Made by a program: the position numbers and the translations under genes. The notes under the pieces are model-generated. The model searched no databases, was not told the DNA's origin, and worked only from the letters and a program-made list of their open reading frames with translations. 64,000 nucleotides of DNA from Octopus sinensis (Eukaryota): NCBI RefSeq assembly GCF_006345805.1, contig NC_043005.1, positions 100,688,001 to 100,752,000 of the forward strand, written 5' to 3'. Positions 35,521-50,122 of this stretch are shown in pieces; position 1 is the first letter of the stretch; every line of letters starts with the position of its first letter.

Positions 35521-37995
35521 ATTATTATTATTTATTATTATTACTATTATTATTATTATAATTATTATTATTATTATTATATTATTATTATTATTCTTAC
35601 TATTACTATTATTATTATTATTATTATTATTAGTTTAAGAAACGTCTGACAAGTAGTTAATTCAACCAATCCCTTATTTATCAGTTGATGCTTTATACAC
35701 TCCCAGAAGTATATCAGCTCAGCCTCAATGAGATTTGAACTGACAACATAAAGTGATATCAATAAATATCACAAATTGCTTAATCCAGTGTTCCACTATT
35801 TCTGCCTCCCACTTTTTTTCCTTCAGAATCAAGAGTAATAGAAAGAGAAGAGGAGGAGGAAAAGTTTGGCAATGTTTGCACAACAATAACTCATTGATTG
35901 GTTTATTTTCTTCCCTTTTTCTTCCCTCATTGCCCTGGCTTACATTCAACACAACCAGAACAGCCAGAAGTAGTAGCAGGAGAAATGCTTTTGCTCATCA
36001 ACAGACATAAACAGCATATTGGCCCCCCCTCACTCTTGACCCAATGAAATATCCATTCTGAATATGGTCATTTGACATGGACCAGTTTCACCACTCTCAC
36101 CCACTTTTCAGTAAATCCACTAGAGGGTAGCACCTGCTTCTCTAATATCCCCTTCCTATGCAAGTGGAAGTTGAAGAAACTAATGAGGCCCTGGCTGAAG
36201 AGGAAGGCGTCCATCCTCAGCTCTTTCAGTTATGTCCATCATACAGTGTCTTTTGCTGTGGTTCTCTTGACCAAAGGAAAACAGCAGGTCTGTCCTGGCA
36301 GTAGGCTATCAGTCCTTACAACTGTTTGACAAAATGCAGTGCCATCTTAGCCACATTTTAGGCCCCATGGGTAAATTAATGCAGTGGGCCATATACTATT
36401 TATTTATTGACAGTGAGCCACAGCATTTTATACATCAGAATTCCATAGACCCATGAAGCTCCTGGGAAATTGCCCTGGGTGCTCATGCCTTAGGTGAGCC
36501 CTGACATGGCAACAATACTCAGACTCTGGACGAGTGCATACAGAAATATGTCTTAGACAAACCCATGTGGTAGCATTATGGTTCTGGTAGAGTTCATCCA
36601 GAATTAATGATGCTTCCTGGAAGCAATGCCATGTTAGAAATTTCTGGAAGCTGACCATAGTCCCCTGGCTGCAAATTCTCTGGAATAGGCCATTTAGTTA
36701 TTCTTTATTGCTTCTCAGCATCAGTCTCATTGAAAATAATTTTTAAAATTAACAAGTGTTGACAGAAGCTGCATAGTTTATGAAGCTAAGAAAACTAATG
36801 ACACTTTATTGTATTTACTAGATACTACTGACCTAGTTATGTATTTGAAAAGTGCTTTCAAAGACAGATTCTATAAAGTATCTTTGCTTACTTTCCATCT
36901 AAGTAATGAGAGGAATCTTTACTAAAAGCTGAAAACTATATTTACAGTGATGAGAATTAAGAAAGTTGCTGAAATAAATAACTCATCAGGCAATTCCTAT
37001 AGAATTAATTTGGACATATGTCTAATAAATAGCAAGCAATATTTGTAGATATCAAAGTATAATTCCTCAATGTATACAGTATATGATGGTCGTTGATTCT
37101 GATTTGATGTGCTTTCTTCATGCTTCACTTCAAATTGATGTCTCAAGAAGTAGTCTAGAATTCTACAGAGAAATATCTTAGCAACAATCCCAATCAATTT
37201 GACAGGCTTATTAATATATGAAAGATCTGTTCTTCAAGAATCTTCTCAGAATATACAGGTGTTGTATCTCAGTAACATTCATGGCATAAACTCTGAGATC
37301 AACTTTCATTTCATTAATGGTTCACGAAATATTCAAAGTGTATAAATTAAGTAAATATAAAGTAATTACTTAATCCAAGTCCAAATACGGAAAAAGATGA
37401 TTTCCTTTGATTGGTTTCATCAAGTGGAACTATTTGTTTGGTGATATTAAACAGGGTAAATATAAAACTCAACTAAATACATTGAAAGCAAAAACACAGA
37501 ATTCTTTGAAATTTTGTTTGGAATCAATTTATAGCCATGAATAAAGTGATTATTAAAAATTCTATTTAACAAAATTATTAATTTGCAGTTGCCATTAGTT
37601 CAGACTCAGCCAAAGATATTTTTTAGTTCATATATATATTTCTAATAACATTTTATTGATATTTCTGAAACTCTTGGTTGCTAAAGTGATTCTAACTGGT
37701 ATATTTTGCAGATTTATTAATATATTCTAAATTACTGATAAATTCATTTTTTTTTTTCCCTAATTTTTTCTTTTCCAGCGCCACCAAAAATTCTTGTAAG
37801 AGAATTTTTATTATATTTCTTTGTTTCCTAATTGTATTTACAGCTGTTCGTTTTTTTTTCCAATGGAATCATTTACTTCATCTTCAATTTCTAGTTCATT
37901 TCATACCAATTAGTCGAAGATTGTACCGTTGGAACCTTATCTATACACACATGCGTGCCTGTCTATAGAAACAGGACACTGGATGACATACAGAC

Positions 37996-38053
<58 letters not shown>

Positions 38054-39295
38054 CCAAACATGCATGCAAAAACATACATACACACACACACGTGCACTCA
38101 CACACACACACGTGCGCTCACACACACACACACACATGCACAGATCTGTTTGTATTTATAAATGAATGCATACACATATATATGTCTGTCAGTCTGTCTA
38201 TTTCAGTCATCTGGAATTGACATCGTTCTATAATGTTTGTAAGAAAGGGTTATAATGCCTCTTATCTAGTATACTATGATTCTTTAAGATCTTGCAATGG
38301 GAATATACCATTTGCAAACAATTCATTAAACTTGTAAAGAGGATAAAACATTAGTGTGGGCGAAATAAAAAGGTAAGTACATCTATTCTCTGCTATAGAT
38401 GTGGAGACAAAGGAAGAACTTTTTTGACTGCCTCTTTTCAACATTTTGTTGCCTGCTCCTCAAAAAAAATGTACCTAACTTACTTCACCAGTTAATAGCA
38501 TAGATCAGCTATTAAATAAAGTAGTCAAAAATCAGGCTAGTACCATGGTGGATAATTCATTATACTGATTTAAGCATAGTCTGAACACTGGATTTATGAT
38601 GAGGTTTATCTCTCTACAATACCAAAATTACTATAGAAATTCTCATCTATCTATATATCTTGAAATAAATACCGTTCAAAATTAGTAACAATTAGTGAAT
38701 GCTATATTAGGAGATAAAATTGCTGTATATGACTCAGTAAATAATACACTTTTTAACTCGATAAAAATATAAAGATTTCTGTCAGAAATTGTTGTAGTTC
38801 AAAGATTCATCTTATCCTATTTAAACCTAGACAACACTTCATCCAGCTGTGAGTCAGAGTTGTGAAATGGTAATTAATTTATCACTAATCTACAGTCGAA
38901 TCATTCTAAAATTGGGAGATACAAGATATGAAGGCTATCAGACTAAAACAAAGTTTATACGAGCTGAGTTAAAACTTAGAATAATGACAGCAAATAATAA
39001 ATTTATCATTAATAATTACATTGCATGCTTGAAGAAATGTTAAGCAATGTTGTCTCTTATGAACAAAAACAGTCTACATCTGAATAGCTTGTAATATCCA
39101 ACATGAAATCTTTATGACAGGCGGACAATGTTTAATTTAGAACAGGCATACATTATAAGATTAAACTACAAGTTGCAATACAACTGTCTAGTTAATTTAA
39201 AACTGTATTACAATGTAGCAGAAGATTTCACTATAGTAATGTGCATATGTATACATACAAACATACATACATATGTGTATATATATATATATATG

Positions 39296-39333
<38 letters not shown>

Positions 39334-39375
39334 TGTATGTATGTATATATGTATATTTTATCTCTAATTTATATC

Positions 39376-39438
<63 letters not shown>

Positions 39439-40659
39439 TATACTTATATATATATACATATACATATGCTTAAATATATATACACATACATGCATACATA
39501 CATACGTACATACATACATACATACACACATACATACATACATACATGTACATATACTTCAAGCAATTTGTCAGTCTTTTTAACTCACTTTTACAACCTA
39601 TCTGTGTCTGTACATCTCTCTATAACTATTTATTTATTGCTCCATATGACCTGCTTTCTTATTAACCATGTAAATATGTATGTATATTCCATCATTTTAT
39701 AGAGATTCAGTAAAAATCCAAGCAATGAAAAATGAATGATAAGCAATGGTTTCATAACATTAAAAATGACAAAAAAAAAGAACCATCAAAAATAAATATC
39801 AGAAAAGGTGTTTAAAAATATAAAATGTTCTTCTGGGAGAAAAAAATTATACAGCCAGTTTTTTAAATTCATATTTATGACAGCGGACACAGAAAGATTG
39901 ATGTATAGGGAAGTCAATTAAAGTAATAATAAAGTAGTAATATTCAAATAAATATTTATGAGTGGTTCTATGGAAAAAAAAAGAGATAGAGCAGTAATGG
40001 TAGTTGTAATGGTATAGTGGTATGGTACTGTAACAGTGTATCACTGTATTCACCACTTGTTGGTGATCCTACATCAGACAAAATGAGGGACACTTTTGAG
40101 TTGCTCAGGTGACAACCCTCCGACCCATGAATCTGCTTGGGTAGTCATTGTTGGTGTGGGTTTTTTTTGTGGTTGGTGTGCAAATGCTACCTGAACCTCT
40201 TTTAGTCGCCTTATTTGACATGCAGAGGAAACGTTAGTTCTTTTCTTTGACATGCTTGTCCCCACACACCATATAGAAAGCAAGGAAGAGAGGCACCAAG
40301 AAAATTAATAAAAGTATTAAAAGCATATATAGGTTTCCTCGTGGTATCTATGCAGCTAAAATGTGTGTATCATGAGCTCAGCATTTCGTCAGTTTCCTAT
40401 GTACAGTTTATATCATATATAATAAACAGATGCCCCCGTACGTTTAATGTCTTCACCATAATGGTGACCAACAACAGTGAAAAGCTTATGAGAAAGAAAA
40501 CCAACAATATGATGTTCAAAGCATGTGTATGCACAAATACACATGCTATGAACATCATAATGTTGGTTTTGGGATCACCACTACTTTATTATCTCTCCTT
40601 CTTCCTAGCTCTCCTGTGTGCCCCACCCCTCTGCGGAATTTGCCATGATAGATAGGTAG

Positions 40660-40941
40660 CCACTACACACATTTTTTTTCTTTCTGTGTTCCTTTCTGCG
40701 GAAGAGCATAGGCTTGAAACGTTAAAGACTTTTTCACTTCCTGAGTGTTAAACTAAAACATCTGTTTGCTGTTTTCATCTTTTGTTTTTTTTGTGAATTC
40801 TCCCCATATATATATATATATATACATACACACACACACACATAAGAATATGTACTATATGTAATGTATATATGTGTGTATGTGTATATATGCATGTATG
40901 TATGTATTTATGTACATGTGTGTATGTATGTATGTAATATG

Positions 40942-40988
<47 letters not shown>

Positions 40989-41135
40989 AGAATTATTCAC
41001 GAAAAAAACAAAAGACCAAGACAGGTGGTGTAGAAAACAAACAGATGTATTAGTTTAACACTCAGGAATTGAAAAAGTCTTTAACATTTCGAGCCTATGC
41101 TCTTCCAAAGAAAGAAACAAGGAGAGAAAAAAAGT
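40660..41135. mobile_element. Inverted pair of Penelope-type termini around a (TA)/(TG) microsatellite, each with a variant hammerhead-like motif
   Basis: 40660-40806 (+) and 40986-41135 (-) are homologous. Motifs CTTT-CTGCGGA-AGAGC(atag)GCTT-GAAACGTT-AAAG and CTTT-CTTTGGA-AGAGC(atag)GCTC-GAAATGTT-AAAG. Confidence 0.6.
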
Positions 41136-41441
41136 ATATATATATATAGGAATAATTTATATATTTTATTTTAATAACATATCATCAACTTGGGGCATAT
41201 CCACTGTCTCTTTCAAATTGACTGGGAAACAAGGACTGGCTTTCATCAGAATTATCCAGTATCATCTATATTTCGAATCAAATTGTGATGAAATCCACAT
41301 TTATTTCCCAACCAGTTTGAAGGCGACAGTAGAATTAGTTGCCTTGATGTATTTATAATATAAAATTGTAATTATATATCTATATATTTATTTATCTATC
41401 TGTATATATATACATATACCCCAACAAATACATATTTATAT

Positions 41442-41498
<57 letters not shown>

Positions 41499-41502
<4 letters not shown>

Positions 41503-41721
41503 GGGTTTCTGAAAAGTTTCTGGCTTTACAGGAGGTATCATGAAAAGCCTTGTTTGAGGCCCAACCTTCCAAGTTCTTTTACAGGGCTTACAAAAACTGA
41601 AGAACCACTGCAGAGAGTGTGTGAACCTGAGAGGGAAATATGTTGAACATGATCTTAATTTAACTAATCCTCCTATATATTTTTTTTTATCCAAAGCCAA
41701 GGACTTTTAAGCACCCTTTTG
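41499..41721 (+). mobile_element. Mariner-derived MITE
   Basis: Imperfect TIRs (GGGTTTCTGAAAAGTTTCTGGCTTT / AAAGCCAAGGACTTTTAAGCACCC). Internal KLKNHCRECVNLRGKYVE resembles a mariner C-terminus. Confidence 0.7.
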
Positions 41722-42184
41722 TATATCATAATTAAGTTATAAGCATACATACACACACAGGTATATAATTGAAATTAGTATAGAACAAAACTGATGATCA
41801 ATCTTTCTTTATCACTGCAACAGGCTTCTCCAGAACTCTGACAAACTCAGTTTAAATTACTTGCAAGAAAATCTTCCAATGCGTTTCTTTCTTTTCTTAA
41901 TAAACTCTAAATTGCACAATTTAAAATTAGTTCGTAAAGTTAATCATATCTTCTGCAGGAAACGAATGACGCAATATGACGTATGTTTTAAATAGTATTC
42001 AGTGTTTAAATCTGAAGTGTAAGTCTTTATAGTATAACACACAACAATAATATTTTTTTTTTTTAGAAAACAAGAAAAAGAAATTACATGAAATTCAAAA
42101 GTTTGCCATAAAACAAATTTTTAATTTAAAAATAGGATTCTGTAATTGCTTCCCTGTATTAGAAATGCTTGAAGACATTGTTAG

Positions 42185-42230
<46 letters not shown>

Positions 42231-43010
42231 AGATATTTAGAGATAGAAGTCCCCATGCAATTCATCAAATCTTAATATACATCACACCATATCATAGAAT
42301 TTTATTTTAATACTTACTAATCATTTCTAAATTTCTCTGCTACATGTGTTTCATGTGGTGCGTTTAACGTTCGTTACACATGCAGTCTTTTACAGGAACA
42401 TTTTTTAAACGCAACCCCAATCGTCAGGACACTTGATAACTTTATTATAATTCAATACCAATTTCTATATTTTAGTATTTTAACAGTTACAAATGTAATT
42501 AACAGGCAAATATGCGTGTGTGCAAATAAGTTCACCGAACATTTCTGTGCAAGCCATAATTTAATTGATTAAAAATTAAAAATTTACAAAACTAAATTCA
42601 AACGTGACTTATGCCTATAAACATGCATATAAATTAATAGTATGTAGGAATGAAAATTATAATATATAATAGTGATGATATAATAATGAAAAGACTATAT
42701 ACACACATATATATATATGTGCACACATACCTATCATTGCTATTATGTTAAACTAATGTACGTCCAAATTTGGCAAAATGTATTTTTTTCAATATTTAGT
42801 TTTGTCTGTAACAGCCGGTTCTTTTGGTCAAACTATCAGATCTCCAGCTGCTTCAGATACCAAGATATCAAAAATGGTCAAAGTGTAGTACAACAGTTTT
42901 GCTAAGGAATGGTGAAACTATTTTTTCGTTTTCTGAAAAAGCAATGTTTTGGACTTACGACACTTTTGCATAACAGCTACGATATAATTAAACAATAGAA
43001 ACTGACTTAC

Positions 43011-43122
43011 CTCACTGTTGTCTGCTTCCATCAGGACATTTTTGGTTGCATAGAGAGTTGGATGGGCCCAGGGGTTAGGTTCCAGCCAATGTCTATTCAA
43101 ATCATATCCCATCAATGAACAC
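43011..43122 (-). CDS. AGBL4: Internal coding exon of cytosolic carboxypeptidase 6 (AGBL4/CCP6, M14 tubulin deglutamylase)
   Basis: Acceptor TTTTCTGTTTTGTTTTTTTTGGCAAG| and donor GAG|GTAAGT. 112 nt (1 nt + 37 codons): CSLMGYDLNRHWLEPNPWAHPTLYATKNVLMEADNSE. This matches the AGBL4 motif I recall as (NYR)CSLMGFDLNRHW..PSPW.HPTL. Recognised from memory, not by search. Confidence 0.87.
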
Positions 43123-44019
43123 CTTGCCAAAAAAAACAAAACAGAAAAAAACTTAGTTTTACTGTAAGAAATTGTAATATAAAGAGAAAACGGGACTAAG
43201 CAAATAGTTTATTGATTACGATTTAGAATTTCTGAGACAAACCAAATGCTTGTGACAGCAGATTAAGTAGCAATAAACATAGCAGAGACAGTAGAAAGTA
43301 GTTGAGAGGAAAATGGCAAGGCGCAACTGATCCACAACAGAAGTAGGATTGCCATTTTGTAGGAAAAGAGGAATGCAGTAACTAAAGAGTCATCATTAAG
43401 TCAGATTTATGTTACATCGAAATTGTTCGTAGTCAATATGAACAGAATATTGATATAGTAATATGCTTGTGTGTGTTGTGTGTGTGTGTGTGTGTGCGTA
43501 TTTATATATGTATGAAGAGATCAATAATTTTGACTTGATGTCTCAGATGGAAGATAAATGACCGACAGGTTTTCTGACTAATGTAGAATATGCTACTTAT
43601 ATTTGTATATTTTATCAAACGTTTTCCATGAAATGCTAATATTTAGACAAGTCAGTAAAACCTGGAATCACCGAAATACTTAGCCAAGAAGACAACAGCA
43701 AGGTTTCAAACAACACTGATGACTATTTTCTGTATCAAGCACATGGAGCAGAGACTTATGTCAAATTTGGCCAACAGCAAAATAATTAAAAACACTTGCG
43801 GCATGGTTAGAACCACGATTGATTTGCTATAGTTCCTAGCAGACACACACACATGCACAGTTTTGCTGCTCCACCGTCTATCACTCATTGTCCTGACATT
43901 TCAGTTTTTCTATAGGACTATGGCATGGCCATACTTTGAGTTTGTATCTCCAGTCTGAAATCCCCAATTTCTCCAGAATATCACTGGAAGTTATCAAGAC
44001 ACATGCAACCAAGCAAGTA

Positions 44020-44529
44020 CCATAAATCCTCGTGTATAATCCGAATTTTTTTCCCAAAATTTAAAGGTCAAAATCCTTAGTGCGTACCATATACGAAGTT
44101 AAAAATGAAAAATATCTTCTAAGCAATGTCCGAGTCTCTATTTGCTGTCCAGCAATGTTTATTCAGACGCATTTTGTGATGTAGGGCACGAAAATACCTT
44201 AAGCTAAGCCTGAAAGCAATGAAGTCTTAAAAGAATCATCCATAACTTGCAGTAAGCAACATTTATTAAACGTTATTACTGTTATTTCTTTATTTTCTGC
44301 AAGTAAAATGCACAAAATGCTACATGTTTGCATTATGTTATATGTACAATAATAATAAAGGACGTTACAGTATACAGTTTTACAAACCATGGACGTTATA
44401 TAGACCTCCTTGGCTCAAGTTAGAGAAGGGGTGCGTATTATACACAAGGTTTAGGTTTTTCAGAGGTACAGTCCCTAAAAATCCCCTGCGTATTATACTC
44501 AAGGGCAGACTATACTCAAGGATTTACAG
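44020..44529. mobile_element. pogo/Tigger-like non-autonomous DNA transposon (510 bp)
   Basis: TIRs CCATAAATCCTCGTGTATA / TATACTCAAGGATTTACAG, with TA on both sides. Confidence 0.8.
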
Positions 44530-44689
44530 TACTCTCCATCAGTTACAGTATTCTGAACATCCTCCTTCTCTGCACATCATCACACTAAATCTTTTAATAA
44601 TTAGCAGCTGATTAGGTAGGACCTCACATGATTATCGACCATCTTTCAAACAATAACTTAGTCCACCTTTTCTTAATCCAATATCTCCA

Positions 44690-44845
44690 TCACCCATTGA
44701 AATGCTTATAAAATCAAAGACAGTCCAGCATCCATAACTTTCAGAACAATTCTTTCATGTCCAGAAGTGTTGAACCATGGAGTAAACTACAAGTGTTGGT
44801 TGATGGCTGTCAGGAACACTGAATCCTTCAAAAATTCTAAGCTCC
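44690..44845 (+). mobile_element. CR1-like LINE 3' fragment
   Basis: NFQNNSFMSRSVEPWSKL resembles the CR1 C-terminal F..RVV..WN.LP motif. Confidence 0.45.
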
Positions 44846-45014
44846 CTAAAATTTGTCAATTCTAATCTTGATGCACGACTGCAACCTTTCCTCTTTATTA
44901 CTCCTTTACCGGTCACTTTTTGTGCTTAATCCTGTCTACTCTGCATGTATTTCTAGCTTTCATTGCTGTCTTTCTTTATTTGACTTACAGCTGCTTTCTA
45001 TCCCCTATTTTATC

Positions 45015-45812
45015 TCATCATCATCATCATCATCATAGTTTAACATCCGCTTTCCATGCGAGTATGGGTTGGATGATTTGACTGAGAAACTGGCAAACCA
45101 GATGGCTGCGTCAGTGTCCAATCTGATCTGGCAGTGTTTCTACGGCTGGATGCCCTTCCTAACGCCAACCACTCCAAGAGTGTCGTGGGTGCTTCTAAAG
45201 AGCCACCAGCACGAGGGCCAGTCTGGTGGTACTGGCAATGGCCATGCTTGAAAATGGTGTTTTTTACATGCCACCTGCACAGGAGTTGATCCTCGCTCGA
45301 CTGTTTTGTTCACGTGCCACCAGTACAAGTGCCAGTAAGGCGACGCTGACAATGATCATGCTCAAATGGTGCTCTTCACATGCCAGACAGCTGCTCTGGC
45401 AGTGATCCCGTTTGGATGGAGCTGTTAGCGCTCCACTGGCATGGGTGCCAGTCATCGAATTTGGTTCAATTTCGATTTCACTTGCCCCAACAGGTCTTCG
45501 CAAGCAGAGTTTAGTGTCCAATGAAGGAAGGTTCGCATGGATGTCAGTCGACGAATTTGGTTCGATTTTGAATTCAATTTCGATTTCACTTGCCTCAACA
45601 GGTCTTCGCAAGCAGAGATGCATAAGTGGGCTGGGTACCTTCTGGTAAAGGCCATGGGTTATGGTCACACTTGTTCTGCTGGGTCTTCTCACGCACAGCA
45701 TATTTTCAAAGGTCTCGGTTGCTAGTCATTGCTTCGGTGAGGCCCAATGTTTGAAGATCATGCTTCACCACCTCGTCCCAGGTTTTCCTGGGTCTACCTC
45801 TTCCATCTACTC
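45015..45812 (-). mobile_element. 5'-truncated RTE LINE (ORF end + 3' UTR + (ATG)n tail)
   Basis: Minus strand GRGRPRKTWDEVVKHDLQTLGLTEAMTSNRDL*KYAVREKTQQNK, followed by CCATAACCCATGGCC and GAAGACCTGTTGAGGCAAGTGAAATC. These motifs are shared with the 4206-7842 array. Confidence 0.88.
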
Positions 45813-46556
45813 CCAACAAATTGAATACACCTTAGTATTGTATACAATAAGCTCATTAATAATTATTATATAGAACTGTGTGATGGTAATGTGTTGGTCA
45901 TGATGTTAGGGAAGATCTTTAAAGATCATGTTGCATTTTCTATACAGAAAGTATTTTACTGAACTTCAATGTTCAGTAATTGGTGTGAAATAATCACAGC
46001 AGAAGTTCATGTAATTTCAAGAATTTATAGACTTATCAAACCAATATAAATAAAAGGAAATCAAATATGAAAATACTATCAGTTATGGACAGGAAACACT
46101 ACAGAGCCTCATTGGTGTGTTGCAATCTCTCACTAACAATTATGTATTGAGAAGTTATTGATGTATTTAATTTTTCAATTCATTAAACTTCATCTCTTGT
46201 GCATCCATAGCTTACATCAAACACCATGAATTGAGTTTATGCCTTCTCCTTTTCTACATAAGGTAATCTTGTATTTTACTCACCCAGATATAAAGCAACT
46301 CTGCAACCCTCTCCAATAGTTCCCCTTATTCATATTCTTGATTCACTTAATCTACCATACTTCTGTCAACTTGAATAGCTGATCCCTCTATTAGGTTAGT
46401 ATGAGGTAATCCCTACTCATTTCATGCATTCTTCATATGCAGCACCCTTTTATAATAGAACTTCAATCCAGTTTCTTTTACTCTGATCCTACTATAACAA
46501 TGCTCTAGCTAACAGTGGATTCAAAGATAAGATAATTCCATCCACACACACATACA

Positions 46557-46604
<48 letters not shown>

Positions 46605-47324
46605 TACAATGAGATTGTCTCAGTTTCCATTTATTAAATCCACTAACAAGGCTTTGGTTAACCTAGGGTTATATTAGAAGACACTTGTCCACTTGAACCC
46701 AGAACCTTATGGTTGAGAAGTAAACTTTTTACAACATAGCTGTACCTGCACCTAAGAACATAGATTTTAAAATAATGGTGATATATATATTTCAATAGAC
46801 ACATACATGCGTGTATACATACATACATGCATGCATGCATGCATGCATACATACATACATACATACATGCATATATAAATATATATATTAAACACTCACA
46901 TGAAATAAAACGGCTCTTGAAACTGGCTCAATCATCACTGGCAAATAGTCACATGCACACAGACACACACACATCTTACTTTGTAATGACAATTAAAATT
47001 GTAGTAATTTCTAATTCCATAACAACTCTAATGTATGCATGTATGCATATATATATATATACATACATGGAGCTGAATTCATGATACATACGGTATTAAT
47101 AATGTATAATGTTATTAACTTTAAACTATTGAACTTCAGTGCAATGGATATTGTGCCTAACATCAAAATATTAGTAAGTCACTGAATCATGCATTCAGTT
47201 TCTTCCATTAAATTAGCAGTTTAATAATGAAATCAATTCATTTTCATATTTAATATAGTTTTTTGTCTCAGAAACATTGCCTATCTTGCTTAGCAAGCTG
47301 ATTCACTCCTGATGGCTACATGAC

Positions 47325-47600
47325 TCATCATCATCATTGTTTAATGTTTGCTTTCCATGCTGGCATGGGTTGGACAGCTTGGCTGGAACTGGCAAGCCTA
47401 GGGGCTGCACTGCATTCCATAGTTTGTTTGGGCTTGGGGTCTATGGCTGGAGGCCCTTCCTAATCCCAACCACTCCACAGAGTGTACTGGGTGCTTTTTG
47501 CATCACCAGTGTTTTCTACATGGCACCATCATCAGTGCTCTTTATGTGACACCTTGGCTTTAAGATCTCAATTCTGTTGTGGTGGGCAGGTCTTCTTGAG
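47325..47600 (-). mobile_element. RTE-type tail fragment
   Basis: (CAT)n-TGTTTAATGTTTGCTTTCCATGCTGGCATGGGTTGG. Confidence 0.7.
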
Positions 47601-48618
47601 TGCTTATATATACACATACACACATCACTCACTGTATCAAAATGTTTACTGTTGTATTAAACCACTTTAATAAAACTACCACTACAACAAAAACAAGCAT
47701 TATAAGATATATTACAACTACAAAACAACTGTTATTATACAGAGAGGATTATAATCAAACAGTAGACTAGGTAGGTTGTGTTATAGAAAAATGCCTATTA
47801 TTTAACGCTAAGTAAAGAACTTAAAACAATCACTTAATCATCAATAGTTAGATAATAACATTCAGAATAAAATTTATTTCTTTAATTTGATAATGCACAA
47901 TTAGATTTCCAATTAGATTCAGAGAAAATAAAGAAATAAAATCTACAAAAAAAAGGACATTAATTTCAATAAATACACTCTAATGGTTTTTCTAATTATA
48001 ATAATTTTAATTATAGAGTAAATTATTAGATATTGCCTTCCTTATTTTAAGCTTCCTGAAGGAAACAGATATTTGAAAGTCAATTTAAGAAGTATTTCAT
48101 TCAACATGTTTTTGTTTGTTTTTCTTTTTTTAACTGAAGTTGACCAGATACAACACTATCAAACTACATGAAATATGACACAGTTATTATATATTTTGAG
48201 AAGAATGTGTATTTTTTAGAGAGAGAGGGAGAGGGACAGGGACAGAGAGAGAGAGAGAGAGGGAGAGAGAGAGAGAGCAATGCAGGCAGAGGTCAGAGAG
48301 TGAAAGTGAGAGACAAGTGTAAACAAGTAAAATGTGAGATAAGTGATATCTTCCTCTCTCATTGGTGAACATAGAGAGCAGGTTACTATTTACTTTGCAA
48401 GCCACGGGTAAATGTGATTTCATTTCTATTGCAAAAACCCAATGCATTGGGTCTGATGTTTAATAATTTATCATTGGTCCTTATACTAATTTCACAATAT
48501 ATTAACTATGTGTTTTTTAACATGTTTCGTGAATAACACCACTTTTGGAATGTGACATAGTCACTGTTACATATGATTATGTATGCATCAGCAAAGGTAG
48601 TGAGCAAACAGAATCATT

Positions 48619-49240
48619 AGGCGGAGAGCTGGCAGAAACGTTAGCCTGCCAGGTGAAATGTTTTGCGGTATTTCGTCTGCTGTTACATTCTGAGTTCAAA
48701 TTCCGCTGAGGTCGACTTTCCCCTTCATCCTTTCAGGGTCGATAAATTAAGTACCAGTTGCACACTGGGGTCAATGTAATCGGCTTAATCCCTTTGTCTA
48801 TCCTTGTTTGTCCTCTTTGTGCTTAGCCCCTTGAGGGTAGTAAAGAAATAGATATTTTGTCTGCCATTACGTTCTGAGTTCAAATTCCACCGAGGTCGAC
48901 TTTGCCTTTCATTCTTTCAGAGTCGATAAATTAAGTACCACTTACGTACTGGGGTCGATGTAATCGACTTAATCCGTTTGTCTGTCCTTGTTTGTCCCCT
49001 CTGTGTTTAGCCCCTTGTGGGCAATAAAGAAATAAGAATTGTTAGTGTGCTGGATGAAATGCTTAACAGCATTTCAGCAGTCAGTGTGTTCTGAGTTCAA
49101 ATTTCACCAAGGTCAACTTTGCCTTTCATCCTTTCAGGGTCGATAAAATAAGTACCATTGAAACATTGGGGTCAATGTAATTGACTCATTCACTCCCCTA
49201 AAAAAAAGCTGCCTTTGTGGCAAAATTTGAAGCCATTATA
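48619..49240 (+). mobile_element. SINE family A, head-to-tail multimer (about three cores)
   Basis: GAGTTCAAATT...GAGGTCGACTTT core at ~48690, ~48875 and ~49090. Confidence 0.85.
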
Positions 49241-49809
49241 TATACATCAGAATATATTTGGATTTATGCCATGAGAATACATCAGTTTCCCTCTTACACA
49301 TACACATACATATAGATATATACATACATACACATGTGTAGACACACATGTACGCAAGCACTCACACGTACAGGCTAAAGCACAGATGTACTTGTCTCAC
49401 TTGAAATCCTTGTTTACAGCTGCTTCAACAAAATATGGATCAAATGCATTCATTTAAAAAAACTGGAAGACATGGATATAAACAATGATTACATAATATT
49501 GATTCATGGAAAGCAAAAGCTTTAGTCATATCTTCATGTCTGAATGAATAAATTTCTTGAAGAAAAACTTGGGTGAATTCACCTAAATTCAGACCTAGAC
49601 TGTTTGGTAGGAGGGGTACATATCTTCATAGGAGGAAGTTCCACTAGACATGCAAATATAAATGGTAAAGATAACTATCTTTATATCTTTGTTGATATAA
49701 TAAATTTTTTTGAAAGTATACAAGATACATATGTACATTCATAGATACATAGAAAAATACATCCATCCATATATATACATATATATATATATGCATATAG
49801 GAATGTGTG

Positions 49810-49844
<35 letters not shown>

Positions 49845-49972
49845 ATGTATATAAATTAGAGATAAAACCACTATTATGCAACTCAAACAGTGAAAGACAT
49901 AAACCAAAACATAAATAACAAATAATATATATTTTTATAAAACATATAACTTTTAAATAAATAAATAAACAG

Positions 49973-50008
<36 letters not shown>

Positions 50009-50122
50009 CTGTCTATATATATATATAAATAAATAAGGATAAGATCTTTATTTAAATACTGATCTTATCAGGTGGCCAGCATGGGAATAAAAACTTTCAA
50101 AGGTAATTATTATTATTAAAAT

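Noticed and set aside
41212-41321. 18-bp imperfect inverted repeat as MITE ends
   Set aside because: It has three mismatches, no TSD and no second copy in the window; this is compatible with chance or a very old relic.
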